Shown here: piece after piece, positions 19,043 through 28,055 of the stretch | Numbering within the stretch: the stretch's first letter is position 1 | How the letters are laid out: the number at the start of each line of letters is the position of its first letter | Source of the DNA: Polyangiaceae bacterium | GTDB taxonomy: Bacteria; Myxococcota_A; Polyangia; Polyangiales; Polyangiaceae | Direction: 5' to 3' | Assembly (NCBI GenBank): GCA_035063585.1 | Contig: JAPSGB010000003.1 | Span: 288,001 to 352,000 of the forward strand | Length of the DNA: 64,000 nucleotides | Made by a program: the position numbers and the translations under genes | The notes under the pieces: generated by a model | Seen by the model: the letters and a program-made list of their open reading frames with translations, nothing else | Told to the model about the DNA's origin: nothing | Database searches by the model: none

Positions 19043-20031
19043 GAGCGGGCTTGGTCCTTGCCGACCTCAGGGCTTGCCGCACCGCCCGCGTCGCGCGCTC
19101 CCGCCGGGCGTTCCCAGCTCGCGAGTCGGCGCTTCATGATGGCGATGGCGTCGGCGCTCTCGTCGATGAGCACCGCGTCGCGCCCGAGCCGCGCGGCGGC
19201 CTCGCCGAACGAGCCGCTACCGGCGAAGCAATCGAGCACGCGGTCGCCCGGACGAGAGTGTACTCGCACGATACGATCGAGGATGCCGAGCGGCTTCTGG
19301 GTGGGGTAACCCGTCTTCTCTTTTCCGGTGGGGCTCACGATGGTGTGCCACCAGGTGTCGGTCGGCGTCTTGCCGCGCGCCGCCTTCTCGGGGGTAACGA
19401 GCGAGGGGGCCAGGTACGGGATGCGATCGATGGCGTCGTAATTGAAGCAGTACCGGCGCGGGTCCTTCGCGTAAAATAAGATGTTGTCGTGCTTGGGGGA
19501 CCAGCGGCGCGTCGCGCGCGCGCCGTAGTCATAGGCCCAGATGATCTCGTTGATGAAGCACTCGCGCCCGAAGATTCGGTCGAGCAGGACCTTCGCGTAG
19601 TGGACCTCGCGGTAGTCGAGGTGGAGAAATAGGCTCCCGGTGGGCTCGAGCACCCGGAACGCCTCCTCGAGCCGCGGGGTCAGAAAGCCGAGGTAGTCCT
19701 CGAAGGAGTCGCGATAGGCGCGCCTCCCGAGCACCGTGGTTCGGTAGCGCTTTCCCTGATAGCCCACGCGATCGCCGCGCTCGTCGCGGGAGGTCTCGAT
19801 TTGGGTGTGCGCTCGAGCGCGTCCGGTGTTGAACGGCGGATCGATGTAGATGAGCCCGAAGGACGCGTCGGGAAAATCGCGGAGGACGGGCAGGTTGTCC
19901 CCCTCGATGATCTCGACGCGGCCCGCCGCGGCTCGCGGTGGGCGCGCCGCGCGCTCCCGCGCGAGCGCGCCTGGCTCCGAGCCGGCGGGCGCCTCGAGAG
20001 CCGCTCGAGGGCGGGTGCGAGGCGAGCCCAT
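19039..20031 (-). CDS. Site-specific amino-DNA methyltransferase (N6-A/N4-C, beta class), orphan
   Basis: Catalytic YIDPPF precedes YPTQKP and the SAM motif VLDCFAGSG; start position uncertain. Confidence 0.93.
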   Translation of the reverse strand: MGSPRTRPRAALEAPAGSEPGALARERAARPPRAAAGRVEIIEGDNLPVLRDFPDASFGLIYIDPPFNTGRARAHTQIETSRDERGDRVGYQGKRYRTTVLGRRAYRDSFEDYLGFLTPRLEEAFRVLEPTGSLFLHLDYREVHYAKVLLDRIFGRECFINEIIWAYDYGARATRRWSPKHDNILFYAKDPRRYCFNYDAIDRIPYLAPSLVTPEKAARGKTPTDTWWHTIVSPTGKEKTGYPTQKPLGILDRIVRVHSRPGDRVLDCFAGSGSFGEAAARLGRDAVLIDESADAIAIMKRRLASWERPAGARDAGGAASPEVGKDQARS

Positions 20032-20093
20032 CGACGCGGAGCTTACGAGACCCCGAGCGAAAGTCTAGGTTGCTCGACCGAGCGCGAGCCGTC

Positions 20094-20999
20094 TCACTCT
20101 TCCGGGACGCGGAGCGCCGCGGTCGCGGCGGCAGGCTCGTTCCCGCGCCGCGACACCAGCCAACCGAACGCGCCCGCCGTGAAGAACATGATGAGGCTGT
20201 AGATCGCCGCCGGAATGGCCATCGTCGAGTTGTTGAGCAGGGTGGGCGCCGAGGCGATGGCGATGGCGAGCGTGCCGTTGTGGATGCCGATCTCCATACC
20301 GATCGCGATGGCTTGACGGCGCTCGACCCTGAGCAGAAGCGGCACGAAATAGCCCACCATCATGCTCGCGAGGTTGAAGGTGAGCGCTGCCAGGCCCACC
20401 TGCCGGAAGAAATCGCCGAGGTTGGCGCGCTCCTTGGCCACCGCCGAGGCGATCACCAGCACCAAGAACACCGCCGACAAGAGCCGGACCGGCTTGTCGA
20501 GCTGGCCCGCGAGGGTGCGCTTCTTCGCGCGGATCAGCATGCCGATCGAGACCGGCACGAGCACGATGGCGAACACCTGGATCACCTTGTCGAACTGGAG
20601 CGGGATGGCCTTCCCGGCCCCCATGAACGCCTCGAGCGACAGGTTCACGATGAACGGCAGCACGAACAGTGAGAGCACGCTGTTCACCGCCGTGAGCGTG
20701 ATGTTCAGCGCGACGTCCCCTTTGGCCAGGTGGCTGAAGAGATTGGCGGTGGCGCCGCCCGGCGCGGCCGACAGCAGCATCAGGCCGACCGCCAGCTCGG
20801 GCGGCAACCCGAAGCCCCGCGCGATGCCAAAGCAGACCGCCGGCAAGAGCAGCATCTGGCAGGCCAGGCCGACGAACACCGCCCGCGGGTAGACGACCAC
20901 GCGCCGGAAGTCGGCGAGCGACAAGGAAAGCCCGAGCCCGAGCATGATCACGCCCAGCGCCAAGGGCAAGAACACGGTGGTGATGATGCTCGATTGCAT
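20094..20999 (-). CDS. Bile acid:sodium symporter (BASS) family transporter
   Basis: Motifs MLGLGLSL, PGGATANLF, EIGIHNGTLA; multiple TM helices. Confidence 0.95.
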   Translation of the reverse strand: MQSSIITTVFLPLALGVIMLGLGLSLSLADFRRVVVYPRAVFVGLACQMLLLPAVCFGIARGFGLPPELAVGLMLLSAAPGGATANLFSHLAKGDVALNITLTAVNSVLSLFVLPFIVNLSLEAFMGAGKAIPLQFDKVIQVFAIVLVPVSIGMLIRAKKRTLAGQLDKPVRLLSAVFLVLVIASAVAKERANLGDFFRQVGLAALTFNLASMMVGYFVPLLLRVERRQAIAIGMEIGIHNGTLAIAIASAPTLLNNSTMAIPAAIYSLIMFFTAGAFGWLVSRRGNEPAAATAALRVPEE

Positions 21000-21493
21000 G
21001 TTCCCCTCTCATCCAGCGGGCACGTTGGAGTGCATGGTCGCCGAGCAGACCCGCTCGAGCATGAGCACCCCGTGCATCGCCGCGGACTCTACCTGGCCTC
21101 CCGCGCCTCTGGCAATCGGACCCTGCGCGACCCGCGCGAAGGGCGCCGGTTCACCCGAGCGTTTCGCCGCGCCCGCGCGGCGAGACCGCCCGGCGGTACC
21201 TGGGCGCGCCGCGGCCCGGCGCTCGGGCGCCGCTACCGCGAGCCGCTCCTCGGCGCGCACGGGGGAGCCGAGCGAGCGCGTCGGGGCGCCTCCGCTCACG
21301 CACATGCCACGGCGGCTCCGCGCCTCGACGAGCTCGACCGCGGCGGGGGAAGGTGGAGGGCTCGCCGGTCCGTCGCGGCCGGCGGTGCGGACGTCCGCGA
21401 CGCCGGCCGCGACGCGAAGCCAGCAGCCTGGAGCGTGCGAGCGCTCCGGAAGAGGAGTTACGGCGGCGCGCGCGGGCGATATGATGGCGCGCG

Positions 21494-22663
21494 GTGCACC
21501 GGCTCGCTCTCCTCGCGTGGATCGCCATCGCCGCGTGCGCTTCGGACGCGGGGGCGCCCGGGGGCGCCGCGCGTCCCGTCGAGCTCCGCGCGGAGCCCGC
21601 GCCCGCGCCGACGCGCGCCGAGGCGCCGGGCGCGCGACCGGCTCTCGCGCCCTACCCGGTGAAGGTGCTCGAGAGCGCTCCGCGCGGCGAGCGCGTCGCG
21701 CTCGGCGAGCCGGTGCTGGTGCGCTTCGATCATGCGGTCGAGCCGGCCATGGTGGAGCGCGCGTTCGTCGTCGAGCCGCCGGTGGCCGGGCGGTTCGTCT
21801 GGCGCGACGCCGCGACGGTCGCCTTCGAGCACGAGCCCTTCGCGCAAGGGCGCGAGTACACGGTGCGGGTCGGCGGGGTCGCCCCCGACGGCGGCGTGGT
21901 CATGGGCGAGCGCTGGACGTTCCGGAGCCAGGTGCCGGCGCCCGCGCGCATCGAGCCCGGACGCGGTGGGAACGTCATCTTCACCTTCGACGACGGCGCC
22001 AGCTCGCCGAAGCAGGCGGACCGACTCCTCGCGCTCCTCGCCGAGCTCCGGATCCGGGCGCTCTTCTTCCCGACCGGCAAGTGGACCGAGCGCCACCCCG
22101 AGTTCATCCCGCGCGCGGTCGAGGCCGGGCACCGGGTCTGCAACCACACCTATAGTCACGTCAACCTGTCGAAGGCGTGGATGACCGAGGCGCGCATCCG
22201 CGACGAGATCGCGCGCGGCGCGGACGACGGCGGGTGCCGCCTCTTCCGCCCACCCTTCATGGGTTACGGCGAGCGCGAGGAGCGGATCGCGCGCTCGCTC
22301 GGGTACGATCTCTTCCTCTGGGACATCGACAGCCGCGACTGGGAGGGCGGGCCGGCGGAGGACGTCGAGAACCTGGTGCTCGGGCGGGTGCGGCCGGGCG
22401 CGGTGGTGCTCATGCACGTGCATGCGCGCGCGACCTACGTCGCGCTGCCCCCGCTCGCGGCCAAGCTCCGAGAGGCCGGGTACGTGCTCTCGTGGGATCC
22501 GGCCGATCTTGCGCCGAATGTGGGAGAAGGTGCGACGGGCGAAGTGAACAAGCCCCCCGCCGTGCTCGTCGAAGGCAAGTGGCTGATTGCGCGCGCTGGT
22601 TGGAACGACGCGGACGCGCTCAGGTTCGGGCGCGAGGGCGCGCCACTGCTAGACTCGGAGTGA
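21494..22663 (+). CDS. Polysaccharide deacetylase (CE4/NodB) lipoprotein with an N-terminal Ig-like domain
   Basis: Lipobox IAAC; motifs FTFDDG, CNHTYSH, FRPPF, WDIDSRDW, VVLMH. Confidence 0.9.
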   Translation: MHRLALLAWIAIAACASDAGAPGGAARPVELRAEPAPAPTRAEAPGARPALAPYPVKVLESAPRGERVALGEPVLVRFDHAVEPAMVERAFVVEPPVAGRFVWRDAATVAFEHEPFAQGREYTVRVGGVAPDGGVVMGERWTFRSQVPAPARIEPGRGGNVIFTFDDGASSPKQADRLLALLAELRIRALFFPTGKWTERHPEFIPRAVEAGHRVCNHTYSHVNLSKAWMTEARIRDEIARGADDGGCRLFRPPFMGYGEREERIARSLGYDLFLWDIDSRDWEGGPAEDVENLVLGRVRPGAVVLMHVHARATYVALPPLAAKLREAGYVLSWDPADLAPNVGEGATGEVNKPPAVLVEGKWLIARAGWNDADALRFGREGAPLLDSE

Positions 22664-22739
22664 GCCCTGAACGAGGGAGATCCGGGCCGGCTGGCTCGTA
22701 GACCTGCGTGGGCTGATTTTTCATAGGAGACAGTCGATC

Positions 22740-23627
22740 ATGCGTAACCTCATCGCTTCCTTCTTCACCGGCGCGCTCCTCTTTGCCGCGCCGATGCTCA
22801 CGACGTCCGTCGCCCACGCCGGGCTCGCCGACTGCGGCAACATCAACGTCGAGGCGAGCGCCGAGTGCAAGGTGGAGGTCAAGGGCGGCTGCACCGCGAA
22901 GTGCACGCCGGTGAGCTTTCAGGCGGCTTGCGCCGGTAAGCTCGAGGCGGAGTGCAGCGGCGAGTGCACGGGCAGCGCCACCGCCGAGTGCACCGGGAGC
23001 TGCGATCTCGACGGGTGCGAAGCGAACTGTAACGTAGATCCCGGGAGCTTCGACTGCCAGGGGAGCTGCGAAGCCTCGGCGCAGGCCGACTGCGACGCGG
23101 AGTGCAACGCGAGCGCCAACCAGGCCGAGTGCCATGCCCAGTGCAAGGCGACGGTGCAGGCCAACTGCAACGCGAGCTGCAAGGCCACCCCGCCGAGCGC
23201 GGACTGCAAAGCGCGCTGCCAGGCGAGCTGCCAGGGGAGCTGCACCGCCAACGCCCGGATCGACTGCCAGGTGAATTGCCAGGCAAAGGGCTACGGCGAG
23301 TGCACGGCGAACCTCCAGGGCGGCTGCGAAGCGCAGTGCGAGAAGCCGGACGGCGCGCTCTTCTGCGACGGCCAGTACGTCGATCAGGGCGGCAACATGA
23401 AAAAGTGCATCGACGCCCTCGACGCGTACCTCAAGGCGCACGTCGACGTGAGCGCGCAGGCGAGCGGGAGCTGCAGCGGCAACAGCTGTGAGGGCGAGGC
23501 GAGCGCCAGCGCGAGCTGCGCGGTGGCGCCCGGCACGCCGGTGGGCAACGCCGCGGCGGCGCTCGGGCTCATCCTGGGTGCCGGGGCGCTCGCCGCTGGG
23601 CGTCGCCGCCGTGCTCGCCGCGGCTGA
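22740..23627 (+). CDS. Cys-rich (CxxxC repeat) exported protein with a MYXO-CTERM-like tail
   Basis: Signal peptide ending AHA; many CxGxC/CxAxC units; C-terminal SCAVAPG, hydrophobic helix and RRRRARRG. Confidence 0.85.
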   Translation: MRNLIASFFTGALLFAAPMLTTSVAHAGLADCGNINVEASAECKVEVKGGCTAKCTPVSFQAACAGKLEAECSGECTGSATAECTGSCDLDGCEANCNVDPGSFDCQGSCEASAQADCDAECNASANQAECHAQCKATVQANCNASCKATPPSADCKARCQASCQGSCTANARIDCQVNCQAKGYGECTANLQGGCEAQCEKPDGALFCDGQYVDQGGNMKKCIDALDAYLKAHVDVSAQASGSCSGNSCEGEASASASCAVAPGTPVGNAAAALGLILGAGALAAGRRRRARRG

Positions 23628-23655
23628 GCCCGCGTGGCAAGCTAGAGGAGCTCGG

Positions 23656-23687
23656 AAGGGCGTCGCGCTGGTCGCGGCGCCCTTTTT
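23656..23687 (+). terminator. Rho-independent terminator
   Basis: AAGGGCGTCGCG-ctggt-CGCGGCGCCCTT stem running into a T5 tract, 29 nt after the stop codon. Confidence 0.75.
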
Positions 23688-23795
23688 CTGTGGTGGAGCC
23701 GCCGCTCGGCGCCGCTCGAACCCGAACCGGGTATGCTGGCCGCTCCCGAGAGGGACCCGACCATGCTGCGCTGCCTCGCGATACGAGTGAGCTTC

Positions 23796-24509
23796 ATGAG
23801 CGCGCGGCTCCTGCTCGTCGCGCTCGCCGCGGCGGCCTGCACTCCGCGGCCGGGCGGCTCCTGCAAGCAGGGCGAGGCGCGCTGCGAGGGCGCTGCTTCC
23901 GAGCTCGTGTGCAGCGACGGCCGCTACGTCTCGACGCCCTGCCGCGGCCCCAAGGGCTGCGCGGTGACCGCGGACGGGGTCGCGTGCGACATCTCGGCGA
24001 ACCGCCCCGGCGATCCGTGCTCGCGCGACGACGAGGGCGCCGCGATCTGCCTGGGCGAGAAGCGACTCCTCGCCTGTCGGGGCGCGGCGTATCTCGCGGT
24101 CGAGTGCCGCGGGCCGCGCGGATGCGACACCGAGGACGGTCGCGCGCGCTGCGACACCTCGGTCGCGGCGGAGGGCGACGCCTGCCACGACGCCGCGACG
24201 AAGGCGTGCAGCCTGGACGGCAAGACCCTGCTCGCGTGCGCCGCGGGGAAGCTGACCGCGCTCTACCGGTGCCGGGGCGACGACGGCTGCGCGGTCGCGC
24301 CCGGTGGGAAGCTCGACTGCGACCTGTCGGTCGCGGCGGAGGGCGACGCCTGCGACGCGCGGCTCGAGGGACAGGTGGCGTGCGCGCCGGATCGGCGCGG
24401 TATGGTCCGCTGCGCGCGCGGTGAGTTCGCCCCGGACGAGCGGTGCCCGACGGGCAAGACGTGCGTGGCGCAGGGCGGGAGTATCGCCTGCAAAGCGCCC
24501 GTGAAGTGA
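23796..24509 (+). CDS. Cys-rich repeat lipoprotein
   Basis: MSARLLLVALAAAAC; repeated CRGPxGC...CDxSVAAEGDAC modules. Confidence 0.82.
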   Translation: MSARLLLVALAAAACTPRPGGSCKQGEARCEGAASELVCSDGRYVSTPCRGPKGCAVTADGVACDISANRPGDPCSRDDEGAAICLGEKRLLACRGAAYLAVECRGPRGCDTEDGRARCDTSVAAEGDACHDAATKACSLDGKTLLACAAGKLTALYRCRGDDGCAVAPGGKLDCDLSVAAEGDACDARLEGQVACAPDRRGMVRCARGEFAPDERCPTGKTCVAQGGSIACKAPVK

Positions 24510-24534
24510 CCTTGGCGCGCCGAGCCGCGGTCGG

Positions 24535-25548
24535 TCAGGGCGCGATTCGGATCGCGAGCTTGCCGAAGTGCGCGCCCGCCTGCAGGTGCTCGAGCGCCGC
24601 CCGCAGGTCCGCGAGCGCGAACTCGCGGTCCACCACCGGGCGCACGCCGCCCTGGGTCCACGCGCGCGCGAGCCCCTCGAAGCACTCGCGGCTCCCGACC
24701 AGGACGCCCTGCAGCCGCACGTTGCCCATCAGGATGGGCAAGAGCGAGAGATCGGTGGCGACGCCGGAGAGCACCCCGATCACGCTGATGGTGCCGCCGA
24801 CGCGGACCGCGCGGAGCGCCTCGCCGATGGTCTTGCCGCCGCCGACCTCGACCACGTGATCGACGCCCTCGTCGGTCATGGCGCGCGCGGTCTTGCCCCA
24901 GCCGGGATCGCGCGCGTAGTTGATCGTCTCGTCGGCGCCGAGCGCGCGCGCTCGCTCGAGCTTCTCGTCCGAGCTGCTCGTGACGATGACGCGCGCGCCC
25001 ATGAGCTTTGCGATTTGGAGGGCGGAGATGGAGACGCCGCCGGTGCCCTCCACCAGCACGGTGTCGCCCGGACGCAGGCCCCCTTGCTCGACCAGCGCAT
25101 TCCAGGCCGTGACCGGCGCGCACGGGAGGCTCGCCGCCTCCGCGTCCGTGAGGTGCGGTGGCGCGGGGACGACGTCCTCGGCGTCGATGACCAGGTAGTC
25201 GACCAAGGTGCCGTCGAGCGGGCCGCCGAGCGTGCTCCGGAGCCGCGCGCGGGTCGGCCGCCCGGCGCGGTATCCAGGGGCGAAAATGGGGCACACCCGC
25301 TCACCCGCCTTCACTCGCGTGACGCCCGCGCCGAGCGCGATCACCTCGCCCACGCCGTCCGAGCAGGGCACGAACGGCAGCGGCTGCTTCGGGTTGTACT
25401 GGCCGAGCACCATGCGCAAATCGCGGAAGTTCAGCGACGCGGCGAGCATCCTGAGCTTCACCTGTCCGGGCCCCGGCTCGGGCTCGGGGCGCTCCTCGAT
25501 GCGGAGATGGTCGAGCCCGAAGGCTCCCGACACGGTGACGGCTCTCAT
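24535..25548 (-). CDS. MDR-superfamily NAD(P)-dependent oxidoreductase (zinc-type alcohol dehydrogenase-like)
   Basis: Motifs SLNFRD, PCSDGVGEV, LPCAPVTAW, GTGGVS, HFGKLAI. Confidence 0.93.
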   Translation of the reverse strand: MRAVTVSGAFGLDHLRIEERPEPEPGPGQVKLRMLAASLNFRDLRMVLGQYNPKQPLPFVPCSDGVGEVIALGAGVTRVKAGERVCPIFAPGYRAGRPTRARLRSTLGGPLDGTLVDYLVIDAEDVVPAPPHLTDAEAASLPCAPVTAWNALVEQGGLRPGDTVLVEGTGGVSISALQIAKLMGARVIVTSSSDEKLERARALGADETINYARDPGWGKTARAMTDEGVDHVVEVGGGKTIGEALRAVRVGGTISVIGVLSGVATDLSLLPILMGNVRLQGVLVGSRECFEGLARAWTQGGVRPVVDREFALADLRAALEHLQAGAHFGKLAIRIAP

Positions 25549-25626
25549 GAGCGCGTAGGCTAGCCGAACGTAGCCCTGAAATCCCGCGCGGGTGGTTTGC
25601 GCTCGCCCGCGGAGCCGGGTCGCGCG

Positions 25627-28050
25627 ATGCTCCGGGCTCGGGTGTCGACCATCGCGCGTCTGTGGCCGCTCGGGCCCGCTCTCGCTCTTGGCGCGCTCGC
25701 CGCGTGCCCACGGGCGGCGCCCGTGTCACACCCGCTCGACCTCGCGCGCGGCGGCGTGCGCGTGACGGAGCTCACCCGCGCGAGCGCGTCGAGCGGCGGC
25801 GCCGCGAGCGGGCGCGCCGGCGACCTCCTGCTCGAGTCACGTGAGCTCCGCGCGGTCATCGGACGAGGCGGAACCCCGGAGCGCGAGCTCGCGCGCGGCG
25901 CGGTGCTCGAGCTGGCGCCCGCGCGCTTCACGGGGCACGAGCTCACCCAGCTCGACGTGGTCGCGCGCGGGCTCGCGCTCGTGGTTCGGAGCGTGGAGCC
26001 CCTCGCCGATGCGCGCCGCGCCGGGGTGCGCGTGGTGCGCGCGACGCCGGACGGCGCGCTCATCGTGGTGACCGAGCTCACGCTCGCGCGGGGAGCGCTC
26101 CAGGTCGAGAGCGTGGCCACCAACCGCGGTGCTGCGCCGCTCCGCCAGCTCTCCCTCGGAGATCGGCTCACCACCATCGGCGGCGCGGCGTGGATCCCCG
26201 GGATCGGGAGCGTCGAGCGGGGGCCTCGCGGAGCGCGCGCGGCTTGGGCGGCGCGGCGCGGGCGGAGGCTCTCGTACGCCCTCGCGTCGCCCGATGGCGC
26301 GTCCGATTTCGAGTGCAGGAGCGGCGGCGAGGCGACCATACCGCTCATCGCGTGGTCGCCGCCGGTCGAGCTCGCGCCGGGCTCGAGCGTGCGCGTGCGG
26401 CGCGTGCTGGTGACGCGCGAGGGCGACATCGCCGCGCTCGCCGAGCCCGCGTGGCGCGCGAGCGGCGCCGCCATCGGCAGGGTACGCGGGCGGCTCGCGC
26501 CGGCGCCCGCGTGGGCGAGCGTCGAGGCGACGAGCCCTGACGGCGCGCTCGCGCTCGCGGTCGAGGTCGACCCGAGCGGGGCGTTCGAGCTCGCACTTCC
26601 GGTTGGAAAATGGCGACTCGTGCTCCGGGCGCCGGGCGGCGACGACGAGCGCTCGATCGAGGTCACCGCGGAGCAGGTGGCGGAGCCGCGCTTCCTGGTG
26701 CGCGCGCCGGGGCAGCTTCGCTATGAAGTGACCGGCGCCGACGGGCGACTGCTGCCCGCCCGGCTGGTATTTCGCGGCATCGACGGGACGCCGGACCCAG
26801 CGTTCGGGCCACCGCACCTCGCCGGCGGCGCGGCCATGGTCTCGTACACGCGGAGCGGCGCGGGCGCGGTCGAGCTGCCTCCCGGGCGCTACCGCGTGCT
26901 CTTCACCCACGGCGTCGAGTATGGGCTCGACACGCACGACCTCGAGGTCACCGCCGAGTCGGGCGCGCGCGTCCGCGCGGTGCTGCCGCACCTCGTCGAC
27001 ACCCCCGGCGCGCTCGCCTGCGATTTTCACCTGCACGCAGCTCCGAGCGGCGACACCGGCCTACCGGTCGCCGATCGAGTGGCAGCGCTCGTCGCCGAGG
27101 GGCTCGATTTTGCGGTCGCCACCGATCATAACGTCGTCACCGACTACGCGCCGTTCGCCGGCGGGCAGCTCGCCACCGCGACCGGCGTCGAGATCACCAC
27201 GGCGAGCTGGGGGCACTTCAACGCGTTCCCGTACCCGCTGGGCGAGCCGCCACCCTTCACGGTGGCGCCAGCGGAGTTCTTCGCGAGCGTGCGCGAGCGC
27301 GCGCCGCGCGCCATCATCCAGGTGAACCATCCGCGCATGAGCCCGGGTATCGGCTACTTCGACCTGGGCAAGCTGGAGCCGGCGCGCGCGACCGCCGAGC
27401 GGCCCGGCTTCTCCTTCGATTTCGACACGCTCGAGGTCTTCAATGGGTTCTCGCGCGGCAACCTGGCCGAGGTCGAGCAGACGCTCGCCGACTGGCGCGC
27501 CCTCCTGCTCGCCGGCCGCCGCTTCACCGCGGTCGGCAACTCCGACTCGCACAGCCTCGTCTACCAGTGGGCGGGCTACCCGCGCACTTACGTCGAGGCG
27601 GGGCAGGCCGAGCCGCGCGAAATCGCGCGCGCGCTCCGTCAAGGGCGCGCCCTCGTCACGACGGGGCCGCTCATCGAGTTTCATATCGGCGAAGAGGGGC
27701 CGGGCTCCCTCGCGTCGGCGGAGGGGGGCACGGTCGTCGCCAAGATCCGAGTGCGCGCGGCGCCGTGGATCGACGTCACCCGGGTCGAGCTCTGGGTCGA
27801 TGATCGGCGAGTCAGCGAGCGACGGGTCGAGGGCGACGGCGTCGAGCGGCTCGCGTGGGAGCCGGCGCTCCACCTCGAGCGCGACGCGTTCATCACGGTG
27901 ATCGCGCGCGGCGACCGCGCGCTGGCGGAGGTGTTGCCGGGTCCGCGCACGGTGCCGTTCGCGGTCACCAACCCGATCTTCGTCGACGTGGACGGCGACG
28001 GCGCGTACACGCCGCCGGGCCCGCGCGCGGCGGCGAGCGCCGGGCGGTAG
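25627..28050 (+). CDS. CehA/McbA-family (PHP domain) metallohydrolase, probably an exported lipoprotein
   Basis: PHP motifs DFHLH, ATDHN, GVEIT..GHFN, QVNHP, GNSDSH; LAAC lipobox; start approximate. Confidence 0.85.
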   Translation: MLRARVSTIARLWPLGPALALGALAACPRAAPVSHPLDLARGGVRVTELTRASASSGGAASGRAGDLLLESRELRAVIGRGGTPERELARGAVLELAPARFTGHELTQLDVVARGLALVVRSVEPLADARRAGVRVVRATPDGALIVVTELTLARGALQVESVATNRGAAPLRQLSLGDRLTTIGGAAWIPGIGSVERGPRGARAAWAARRGRRLSYALASPDGASDFECRSGGEATIPLIAWSPPVELAPGSSVRVRRVLVTREGDIAALAEPAWRASGAAIGRVRGRLAPAPAWASVEATSPDGALALAVEVDPSGAFELALPVGKWRLVLRAPGGDDERSIEVTAEQVAEPRFLVRAPGQLRYEVTGADGRLLPARLVFRGIDGTPDPAFGPPHLAGGAAMVSYTRSGAGAVELPPGRYRVLFTHGVEYGLDTHDLEVTAESGARVRAVLPHLVDTPGALACDFHLHAAPSGDTGLPVADRVAALVAEGLDFAVATDHNVVTDYAPFAGGQLATATGVEITTASWGHFNAFPYPLGEPPPFTVAPAEFFASVRERAPRAIIQVNHPRMSPGIGYFDLGKLEPARATAERPGFSFDFDTLEVFNGFSRGNLAEVEQTLADWRALLLAGRRFTAVGNSDSHSLVYQWAGYPRTYVEAGQAEPREIARALRQGRALVTTGPLIEFHIGEEGPGSLASAEGGTVVAKIRVRAAPWIDVTRVELWVDDRRVSERRVEGDGVERLAWEPALHLERDAFITVIARGDRALAEVLPGPRTVPFAVTNPIFVDVDGDGAYTPPGPRAAASAGR

Positions 28051-28055
28051 CGCGG

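Noticed and set aside
19039..20031. Complete restriction-modification system
   Set aside because: No endonuclease or Res subunit is adjacent; neighbours are a transporter and a kinase-like lipoprotein
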